DNA of 57,183 nt, filler included, from Perkinsus olseni (Eukaryota), in the NCBI GenBank assembly GCA_013115125.1. It is 7 parts of 7 records of this genome, joined end to end, with 100 filler letters (N's around TTAATTAATTAA, not from the genome) between each part and the next. Parts side by side here need not be neighbours in the genome. Positions count along the whole stretch, not along the records: positions 41,020 to 49,058 come from JABANN010000987.1; positions 49,159 to 57,183 come from JABANN010000988.1; 5 more parts are not named here. One strand, given 5' to 3'. A program made the position numbers and the translations under genes. Under the pieces are notes generated by a model that saw only the letters and a program-made list of their open reading frames with translations, was not told the origin of the DNA and did no database searches. This document shows positions 46,942-57,183 of the stretch, piece after piece. How positions within the stretch are numbered: position 1 is the stretch's first letter; each line of letters starts with the position of its first letter.

Positions 46942-48800
46942 TTATAAGCGCAACAATGAGCCTGTCAGCCAATGACATGCTAGTGGTTGAACCAGGTCAC
47001 AGCGATTCGACCATGTTAGCTGCATTTTCAGAATCTCCCGCTGCCATCGCCGCCGCTGGCGGTCGAAGCACCGCAAAGACGTCACCCGTGATGACATGTG
47101 AGCCCTGAGAAGACATACGAGCCCGACAAGACCGTATGAGAAGCACCGCCTGCTGGCAACTATTCTCTTCAACACGAGGAGCTCACACTTCGTGCGACGT
47201 TTTCTTGCCGTTCGCTACCCCTCCCTACCCACCTCCTGCTGGCTGATCCCCGATTCTTCCTGCTCACTATCATCACTTAAGGCGTTTTCGAGCTCCGCGA
47301 TCTCCCGGCGTTTCTCCTTAACTCGCGCCCTAACAGGGTTCAGCCCGTTGACAGCAGAAACCTCTCATAGAGCTCAACGTAATCTCAAACGATACAGGAA
47401 AAGTACTACGTTGAGGTAGGATAAACGAGAAGGGTGGTAGCCGATATCCGTTTTACCAAGTCTCCCTGATAGCTCGCTCCATCGCCTCCATCCTCTCCTT
47501 CTGAGGCCCTTCCCCATGCCTCGATGATTTAGCTGCAGTTCCTCCATCTCGCGGTGACCACGTTGGAGTGTCAATACGAACCTCCGGTGCCCTGAGGGGA
47601 TACCAACTTTCCGATACTTCGTAGTGCACGACACACTCCAAAAGCATTTAGTGAGCTAGAAAGCATATCAATCATTTAGTGACGCCAAGGACATGGGAGC
47701 CTCGTCAAGGCACATTAACAGTCACCGTCCTTCAGCCTACTCTTCACCCCGGGGCTAAGCGACTTCCGGTATTACAGCTCCTGTGATTGTAGGAAAAGTT
47801 TCGCTCGATCCTCAGGTAACCGCTTCCATGCGAGATCCATCTCAACCAATTGTGACTGAAGCAAGTTTGTCGTGCCCGCGGATCGAACCGGGGATCTACG
47901 CTCACTGCAGAGTTAACCTACTTGTAGGAATGAGAACTCGTTTCTCGCCTTTTCTAGACAGGACTTCATCGAACCCGCCGACAAGCTCGACAGATTGATG
48001 TCGGTTCTGAGGACAGCTGCTGACCCGAGTTCGATCCCTGGAGACCGTACTTAGCCAATCCTTGAACCCTCCTATCAATCTGATGTACGTTAGCCCTTTC
48101 ATGCCGCACCTGGCTCTTCCGCCTTTCCAAATCCCCACGTCGGGCCGCAACATCTGATCGCGAGGAAATGACATCATCTCACTAACCCCGTGCGTACCCT
48201 TCTCAATGATCCTCCGCCTCAGCGCCTCCTTGCTGGCCACCTCTCGCTCACTCGATCGTTTCGTAGCAATTTCCTGCCGCCTTAATGGTCGGGCAAAACT
48301 AGACGTACTGAACTCACCGCTTCTATCTGGGCCTGCCCCTCAGTGAACAGCCGCCGAGTCTCCACCTTCTCTTTCTTGGCGGTCTCCAGATTCTTGCCCA
48401 GCTCGTCACAGCGTTCTTCAAGACGCTTGATGCTCTCTAAAACGCCGCTCACTGTTATTTGAACCCAGACCTGTTGCACTCAAGCAACGCCCTCTACCAC
48501 TGAACCGCGGTTCCACTGCCAGCACTGATTCTATCCGCCGATTAACCTTCTCTGTCTGCTCATGACATCTGAAAAACCCGAGTCCACCCCGGACAGCATC
48601 CCAACACGTTACCGTATGTTGATCTGCTTCAGATCGTCGAAGGTCTTCTCACACCGCAATCGCGAAAGGGCGTCTTGCTGCAGAATTTTCTCGTGACCTG
48701 ACCTCGAGGTCGCCACGCTATCATGATGGTGCCATACTTTTCCTCTCAGCCGCTAAATGGCTCTCCTTCATGCTCACAACCTCCGCCAAGGACACACCTG
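46942..48800 (-). CDS. Hypothetical coiled-coil protein, multi-exon
   Basis: Charged heptad-like segments LESIKRLEERCDELGKNLETAKKEK, SKEALRRRIIEKG, QKERMEAMERAIRETW. Confidence 0.4.
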
Positions 48801-49158
48801 ACATGCAGCATCTTCACTGCGCCACGAAATTACCAATACTACTTCTTCTAGTAATGTCACCAGGTCTTATAATAGGGTTGCTCGGCAGAAAGTACTCTTT
48901 GGGCGGAGAGAGGTGGAAATCGTTGTAGCGTACCGATGTCGCCATTAATGTACAGCCCAATCGACACCAAAACCGACTGTAGTGAGTGAAGGTCCGGGCT
49001 TTGCCTGGAGCAAGTTCAAGCAAGCGTAGCAAGCATCGTTTGTGCGCGAGCTGTTCGCNNNNNNNNNNNNNNNNNNNNNNNNNNNNNNNNNNNNNNNNNN
49101 NNTTAATTAATTAANNNNNNNNNNNNNNNNNNNNNNNNNNNNNNNNNNNNNNNNNNNN

Positions 49159-49751
49159 GCTTCATTAAATTGCTCTGGGGATTTACTAATTTGGTCTGGG
49201 GTTTTACTAAGTAGGTCTGGAAATGGTGTAGTAGGGACCGGTGTCGTCCCGTTGACAGCCATGCTAGTAGGGACCGGGGTCGTCCCGTTGACAGCCATGC
49301 TAGTAGGGACCGGTGTCGTCCCGTTGACAGCCATGCTAGTAGGGACCGGGGTCGTCCCGTTGACAGCCATGCTAGTAGGGACCGGGGTCGTCCCGTTGAC
49401 AGCCGTGCTAGAAGGGACCGGTGTAGTATCGCTGTTCCAAGCCGTGCAGGTGCAAGGAATGTCAGTCTCGGAACAGACGCTAGGGGAAAGCCAGTTCTTA
49501 CAGAACGAACCAGTCTGGACTTGGTTACAACCAGCATCACATACAACGGGCAAAGGTGCAACAATAGCCACATCACAGGAACACGTGACGTTGGAGCCGT
49601 GACAAGTCGGTGGGTTCTGCCAGTACTTACAATAGGACCCAAAGGCTATAGAGGGGCATTCACTCAAGCATACGCTGATAGGCTTAGGGGCACCAGAGCC
49701 GAACACGGCAGGGGTGGCAAGGAGAACGATGACGCTGCGGGAGATGTGCAT
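49159..49751 (-). CDS. Secreted Cys-rich, mucin-like surface protein, 3'-truncated
   Basis: Signal peptide MHISRSVIVLLATPAVFG; two Cys modules (CLSECP..GSYCKYWQNPPTCHGSNVTCSC; CDAGC..GSFCKNWLSPSVCSETDIPCTC), then Thr/Pro repeats. Confidence 0.75.
49229..49424. repeat. 36-bp coding tandem repeat, about 5.4 copies (SMAVNGTTPVPT)
   Basis: Unit AGTAGGGACCGG(T/G)GTCGTCCCGTTGACAGCCATGCT. Confidence 0.95.
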
Positions 49752-50595
49752 GAGCGACGGATGTGAATGAACTGCAATGAACGTTTTCTCGGACGCTCCC
49801 AACGAAGACATCGGCGGAGTAAAGAGCATTCAATGATTGAACTACTGTGGACGGTGCGACCCAAAAGACCCACAAAACGGTTGTGCGTTTCGCAAGGGTA
49901 GAATCTTTCCTTGCGCCCGCCCGCTCACTGGCGATCGCTCGGTCGAGGCATTAGTAAGTCCCTAATGATCAGCCCGAATGTCGAAAGGACATCAGGTAGC
50001 GCGACAAGCACCGCGTCGTGCACAAGATCACTTCGTACAAACGCATGTGTGATCCAGGAAGTATGTTGGCGACACACCACCGATTCTCCATCCATCAGCG
50101 AGTAACTGATTCGTCAAGGTGACCAGTGCTGGCCACACCTCATCAAGAACGCTGAGCAGTTAGACACACCCAAGTCTGGCGAGCGCTGATTGCGGGAAGC
50201 CGGGTCAATCGTGAATCGATTTGACTACGACAAGCATCTCTACGCCACGGTTCTCAGAGCACAACCCGAACATTGTGCCTTCGAGCTTCAGGTCTAACGC
50301 CTAGAACCTGCTTTATCTGACTAACACCGAGCCGTACAACGCTTATGGTGTCCCAACCAATGTGTCTCTAGCCCAGAAAAAACTAACTCACGACTCGGTC
50401 AGACTAGCAGCAATTTGGACTACACTTCTCCTGTCCAACACCACAAGAGACTAGGTCTAACGTCAGGATACCTTGTAAACTTCCAGCTGTACCTCAGCAT
50501 GTGCTAATCATCTTAAGCATGCGCTCATAGCTGAGAATGCATCCCTTCTGAATGGGAGTTGGCACTCTTTCCCGTCTTGGGTTCGCTACACCACG

Positions 50596-50626
50596 CAACA
50601 ACAACAACAACAACAACAACAACAAC
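50596..50626. repeat. (CAA)n microsatellite
   Basis: About 10 units. Confidence 0.9.
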
Positions 50627-50896
50627 GGAGAAGCGACGAACTGCACAAACGCAACACTGTTGCGTCAACAGTGACGAAGGAGACTCGAACTCATGTAATC
50701 ATGAAGAGTCTACAACTGGGAGCCCGACTTTGCGGAACAGTGAGCTGGCTTATCACAAATTAACTTATTTCATCAACTTAACAACAAAATGAACCTGACC
50801 AGGCATTCCACAATGTCACGCCCAGAAGCTCATCTGTAACTCCTCCGTACCCGGGCCCATCCGGCATGCAGGCTGCATGGGCAGGACGCCACTCAC

Positions 50897-53800
50897 CTAT
50901 TCTTCGCTTTTCTCGTACTCTAGCGGTTGCTCTTTGTCCGACAGTGCGCGTCGGCGCATCGCTCGCACGCACAAGACGCCGAACCCCATGAAAATTGTGA
51001 TGATGACGGCGACAGCAAACCAGAGTTGAGGGCCGCCGTTCAAGCCCATGCCCTCCGGGGAAACCTGCAACAGCGATCAGCGTGACACATAATGAATTGC
51101 AATAACAGTCACTTTAGCCAACCTGCCTTCCTCTTCTTCGTAACCTGATCAACGTAATTTATCCCGATCCTGAGCTTTCCTCGTTCCTCACCAGATTCAC
51201 GCAGCCTCCTGGTTCCATTGCCAGTGTAACCAGTCGTGGTACTATGCACAGCAGATGATGTCACAGACGCGGTAGTCGTTTCTGCCGTGGTTGGATGAAC
51301 TCCATCAGTAGTCGTCGTCACGTCCATAGTAGTCGGAGCTTCAACTGCCGACCACACGGCCGTTGTCGTCGTGACGCCCACTGTTGTGATCGGTGTAGTC
51401 GTTGGCATCGTGACGAGCAGCTCCGTGGTAGTCCACGGCGCTGCATTAGTGCCGACCGTCGTAGAGGTGTTCCACCATGTCGTCGTCGTAGTAGTGGTGG
51501 TTGTGACTCCAGTCAAAGTAATCGCCGTTCGTGTAGGAGCTTCCGGCGTTGGCTTCTTGTCTCTCGGGTCTTCAGTGGTGGTGGTTATGGGAAGCTCCCT
51601 GATGACTTTCTCTACTGCTTCCCTCAGGTACCTCCACACGTTAAGATCCAACAGCCCGCCGAAGACGCAGAAGCCTTCACAGTGACCGCTACCGAGACTA
51701 TCCGACTCCTGGCCGAGGATGACCATACCACTCCTTCTCGGAATCCTGTCTGAAGGTACCATCACCTGGCCCCGGTGATTGGCCATCATCACCGATATCC
51801 ACATACCCCCGCCCAAGGCTCCTCCCATCCCCACAGCAGACAAAGCCGAACCGTTCAGGACTGCACACATCAGGCGACCATCACTGGGGTTCCACAACAA
51901 ATAACGAAGATCGTTGTCGCCCGCCACAAAATTCCCGCCGCAGTTCACAACACCGAAGGGAATTTCAACCTCCCGAGTGCTCTTTGCAGTCACCGACACC
52001 GGTGCCTTGCCCGCGGGGACTTCAAAGCTGGCTCTGGCTAGACCCGCCTTCAACAGAACGTCCACCGTATCGAAAGGTTCCACTCCGACCAGCATCGACA
52101 CTGTGACGAGAAGACCGTCCTCTGCCGAATTTACGTAGCCTCGCCCATCCAGCGCGAGCACCTCAATCAGCGTGTGGCCTCCATCACTCGACAGCGTCCC
52201 GTTGTCGTCCAACACGTCAGCATAGAGCAGCTCAGTACCGTACGCTGACACTTGATGGTAGTAGGCAGCAGAGGCCCCCGAGATGATGTTGATGTGGTCA
52301 CTCCAGACGAACTCAGAGGAGCTCTGATTAGCGCAGTCCAGACCATGACCACAGGAACCGTCGTACGCCCAACCGTTGGCGCCGAATGGTGGCCAGTGGA
52401 GGGTTGCATCCACGGTGACCACCTCCCCTGGCGGAACATCCACAGCAGTTGACGAAACTCTAGGGGTCCACAACAGCGCCATCGGGCCTGTGTTGTTGAT
52501 CCAGGACGCAAAGTTGGCATGACCAAGGCCAACGACCGCTGCCTCCGGCAAGTACGGCCGCTGTGCTGGATAGAGGAGGGCCACTCGACCATCGTAACGG
52601 AGTTGCAGCTGAACCGTCACGTTAGCCGCTGTTTCGACGCTATACAGATATCTCCACTCAACGACCAAGCCCTCCACGGTGACCAGATAGGAAACCCGAC
52701 AGCCCCTCTCGCCGTCGCACAGAGCATGATCAGGAGAGACCCAATAGGCCGCTATGAACCGCGAGGAACTATTCACATGTAATGGGCGATTGAAAGGGGG
52801 TATCATGACCAAACCACCACACAGGATACTAACACGGTCCACCTCATCGCCGTCATAGACAACACCACGGCCGAGTTGCACCACCGTCGGCTGCTGCTGA
52901 GTGCTGCAATCAATCCCAGTGCCGTTCAGATCCATATCTTCCTTCCAACCTTCCCCAATGGAGGTCAGCGGGAATGATACGCTCTCTGCCGCGACGGCCT
53001 CGAAGAGGTAGTATCTTTCTCGCGGCCTGAGACTAGCTCGGTGGGTCGTGTAGTTGGACGGGTTGCTGACATTCACCATCACAACAGATGATCTTTGACC
53101 AGCGGGCAGGGAGACGGTCGTGGGGCCACCGTAGACAACCAGCGGGTTCGGGACCACATGAGCGACTACTTGCATCGGGTCACAGCCACCGATGAGCGAG
53201 TCGATGGGGAATCGCAGCCATTCAACTTCGCGCGCCACCAAACTGATTTTAACTCTCATAGAGTCCCCACTGCGCAGAGCCACGGCCGTTGTGGGCTCCA
53301 TAACTGTCAGCAGGGGTGACCAATCAGCCAGGTTATCCGGAACGACCGACACCTCCATGTCGCCAGCATTGCGAATGTCAAATACCACACCACCTGCCAG
53401 ATGGCTTGGTTCGATCAATTCGACCACCATTAGTTCTCACTTTCCTGTCCGACCACGACTTGGCCGAAATCCAGCGTGCCGTTGTTGGAGAGTTCGCACT
53501 TAGCCGTCTCATCACCAGAGAATGAGCCACCGGTAGCTCGCACCTTGATGGAGATATCGACTAGGCTGCCACCGATAGAACCTCGAACGTCGTATCTGAG
53601 GAAGGCAGATGAACCCTGGCACGAGGCAGCGTATCGCTGATAAGCTCGACACGGTTGCATGATATAACTTTATGATCAGCCAAACGACTACCGAGGGTAG
53701 ACAGGACCCAGCGAGAACGACCAAAGCGAGATAACACCAGCAACGTGCAGAAGCACCGCAGTGACCAAAACCACGGAGACGGGTCCGCTACAGCAGCCTC

Positions 53801-56436
53801 AGCGCCATAGAGGAGATCGATATCCAATACCAAGAACGGTTATATTCCTACGTACTCTCTGTAGCCAATCGAAGTCTGCAATGAAGATACTATCACTGAG
53901 ACAGCCTTTGACTGATGTGGTCTCATCCTTATACGACTGATGGCTTTCCTGGGGTGACCAGCAGAAACGTATATCGTTCTGAAATGGATCATCTCCACAC
54001 TGCGAGCTGGAAGCTTCCCGTTGCGCACTTGCGCAGTGTCCGCCTTCCTGTAACCACCTCGAGAGACCGACTAGCATCAACGTGTCCAAACGCGGTGCCG
54101 CTGGGAGCCACGGCCGTAGTTGTGATCGCCACGACAATGTCGTCGAAGTGAAGCGGGAAAGGACGGCGAGCTGATCAGCAATCGCAGTGGATAAGCTTGG
54201 ACCTCGAAGCTGCAAAAACTCCGCCAAATGGTCCACGTACGACTCGGAATCGCCGAGAAGGCTCTGTAGCAGTCCTACCTCCAACAAGCATTGCGACGAC
54301 TCCTGCGATCTGCGCGGCCGCTACACTGGTTCCTGCCATGACATCACTGCCACCATCTATGGTCGTTGAAATAACATACGCTCCCGGTGCTGATACGTCT
54401 ACTACTGAAATGACTTCGAAGGTGCAGGGGTCACCGTGACTGTTGGCATTACCTCTCCCGAAGTTAGAAGCTGGAATGAGGCTCCTATCTGGTCCATGCG
54501 CGCCAACGCAGAGGACGTTGGAAGCGGCAAATCCACAGGGGTAGCTACCGCCGGTTTCATCAAGATTCATCCCGGAATTTCCGGCACTCGCCACGAAAAT
54601 ATGATGGTAATTCTTAGCACGTTCGACAGCCAAACGAAAGGCTTCTGAGTAGCCACCGACAACCCAGCTGATGCTGCTGATCTTGACGCCACGACTAACG
54701 GCGTAGTCGATTGCCCTTAGAGCGTCAGAGAGCTTGCCGTAGCCATCACCGCCAACATCAAAGATCTTCAGTGGGAGTACACGAGCATAAGACGAGCCCG
54801 TGCCGATGAGGCCATCGTTACCATTGGCGGCTATCAAACCTGAGGTCGAAAAATGAGCTGGCCGTTCTCGAAATAGATGGTACCAGCGCAGTGAGTTCCG
54901 TGACCAATATTGTCCATAACATTCCCGTTGTCAGCCACGAAGTTCCACCCCCGTACCTAGAGCAGCCAGCTCATTAAAGATGCCGCTGAACGACGGCTAC
55001 GTCATCAACGAAATCGTTATTGTCGCTGTCGACTCCTGTCCTTCCCTCACGCTCCGCTACGTTGATGGCGATTGACCCTTCCAAAGATGGATGCTCGAAA
55101 TCAACACCTTGTGAAAGGCACGCTGTTATGTAGCTCTGTAGCGAGTTGCCAAAGTGCCTCACCAGAGTCCAACACAGCCACAGCAACCTTGGAGCCCTCA
55201 TCAACACGCCATGACCCGATGCCCTTGGAGATACCGTCTACGCCAAGATCGACTAGCGACCATTGAGGAGCAGGCCGGCTGAAAACAACGATCGAGGCCT
55301 TCTCGATCCACGCTCGAGTGATAGAATTGGAGCCCGCCCGACAGCAGGAGGGAGATCGGTAGCTCAGATGATGGCGACGGAATTCTTGCCCGGTTACCGA
55401 AGATCGTTCTCTTGGCCATGATGGCTCTGTTCTGTGATAGACTCGGTGAGTTCAATCCACTTCACAGACTGTCCCGTTAACGTCAGTGGTAGGTCTGCTT
55501 CCACCACCAGCCCCAAGGATGCCACCTCTTCGATCACACTAGACCTGATGCAGTGGAAGCTACCTTCTCACTCTCTATGCACTCCTGTTCCGAAAAAAAG
55601 CAAACTTTTTTTCTTTTTTTTTCAGAAGAAAGCAGGTCCAGCTGGCAGCTCCGCGCCGGTGGGAGCGCTGATACCCTGTCGTTACATATTCGCGTCGGCA
55701 GCTGCTTGAAGAACACCGAGCTCCAACTTGTGCAAAATCATCGCTCTCTTCAGAGGGGCCGACAGCTGCTCCAACAACCTTAACACATCGGCTGGATCTC
55801 GGCCAGCGATGCTGAGGGAAATAAACGTCGCAGAGCTACGGGCGATGAGTCAACTTACTCGATGATAGCTCGGGTTGACTTGAAATCTTCTTCCCCGTCG
55901 CGGCCCTGAAGGGAATAGCAGGACGCTCAAACCTTAGGTCCCTAACGATCACCCTACCCGAGTGAAACCTTCCGTTCCTGCAACTCTCGAAGGTCGATCC
56001 ACCAGGGGCGACATCTGTGGAACATCATCCTCATTCTCATCTGGAGACTCTACTTTACGTTAGGGGCGGTGGGCTGATGCTCGATTATGTCCAGGTCTCG
56101 AGTGAGATCAGTGAAGTCCACCACCTCCACGCTCGGCCCTGTATTGGTGACGAGCAAGTTGAACTCATAATCAGTAGCATGGGACTCGTTGAGATGTCTG
56201 AGGTGCGAAGACGTTCGGGTTGGCAATTCGGGCGCGGATTACATCTCGACTTGAATGGAGTCAGGAGCAACTCGGATATAGTCGGTGGTCTGCAAAAATC
56301 TTCGACGTGGTTCGGCGCAGGTCTCTGGCCCTTCCCACTCGACGCCGTCCGCGTCAAAGTTGCCGTGACGGCAGTCAGAGTTGGACGATGCGACCGCTAG
56401 TAGTAACGCTAAGGTCGTCAGCAGAGGTGTTGTCAT
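50897..56436 (-). CDS. Large type I membrane subtilisin-like (S8) serine protease, multi-exon
   Basis: Signal peptide MTTPLLTTLALLLAVASS; triad motifs VAVLDSG|VDFEHP (Asp), DNIGHGTHCAG (His), MAGTSVAAAQ (Ser); oxyanion ASAGN; GWNFV; then a 773-aa exon with Thr-rich stalk and a final exon with TM LWFAVAVIITIFMGFGVLCV, RRR and stop at 50897. Assumes all exons form one gene. Confidence 0.8.
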
Positions 56437-57183
56437 TCAAGAAGTTGGCAGTAAAATAAACGACATCACACCTCTTAGCGTCGCGAGACGGCGACAGGGG
56501 CCACAATACGAAGAGCCTGCCCGTCGTCCAAGTGCTGAGGTTACTAAGTCGTAGAGCGTGGAAGCGGTGTGTGATCAGTGTGAGAAGAGGGCGACCGTGC
56601 CGTGTTCTTCGGCATAAGCAAAGCAAGACTTTCGAGGACGCTCTCGTCCCACAGGCGCAATGGGATACTGGTGATGACAGCACAGGGCTTTCAACGCGAA
56701 GTGCCTCTCGGCCGCGCGGCGAGAGAGTCTTCGACGAAAAATTCGCACTAAAAATCAAAGACGGCGCGGGAAAATGGCCTCAGCCGCACATGGGTTGATG
56801 ATACGGACGCGATGAGTCCTTAGGAGTAACCTGTTCGGCTTCTCAACCACATGATCGCGCAGAGCGCTCGATAGTGACACGACGCACCGCCAAGAGGAAT
56901 CTTTGTGACGGTATCGTATCTTCGTTTCGTATGAAACGCTCGGGCGACACTGAAAAGGTGGCTGAATTGGTGAGGCATACGACGGACTGTAGCTGTCTTC
57001 CCCGACTAGAGTGTCCTGCTGTTCATCTCAGCGAGAGTGGGACTTTGTGTTTCTCAGACGATCAGACTGACCCCAAATGGTTTCGAACTCCTGCTTCGCG
57101 ATCTTCTCCCTCAGTGCCCTCCAAGGCATCACATACGTGATGGGTTCTACCACTGAGTGCGACGCTGACTGTGCTGCTACTTA

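Noticed and set aside
54737-54747. CCGTAGCCATC resembling the Perkinsus spliced leader
   Set aside because: Only 11 nt, antisense within the subtilase exon, with no TGGCTCAAG continuation.

Overview
Eukaryotic, intron-rich protist DNA, very probably Perkinsus (alveolate shellfish parasite); the species cannot be fixed from sequence alone. The window is not contiguous: it is seven unplaced contigs of about 8 kb, in decreasing length, joined by N-runs around the artificial linker TTAATTAATTAA, so no synteny can be inferred across linkers. Contig 1: CDPK/CAMK-type kinase, two tandem biotin-protein ligase paralogues and a small Cys-rich membrane protein. Contig 2: AT-rich, intronless, head-to-tail PUFA cluster (FAE1-like elongase, delta-8-type and delta-5-type front-end desaturases). 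Contig 3: dense array of chained 1-nt-spacer palindromes, a degraded secreted-protein gene, and an apparently intact tyrosine-recombinase (DIRS/Ngaro-class) retrotransposon whose gag-like, RT-RNase H and YR ORFs are tandem and non-overlapping, with only one in-frame TGA between ORF1 and ORF2. Contig 4: tandemly duplicated two-gene unit (unknown protein + MFS transporter) with a tRNA-Gln. Contig 5: CCCH zinc-finger protein and an RYLWTDAFG-family protein. Contig 6: poorly characterised low-complexity genes. Contig 7: secreted Cys-rich mucin-like protein and a large membrane-anchored subtilase. The best novelty candidates are the YR retrotransposon with its unusual ORF layout and a recurrent chained odd-palindrome signature seen in several independent contigs.
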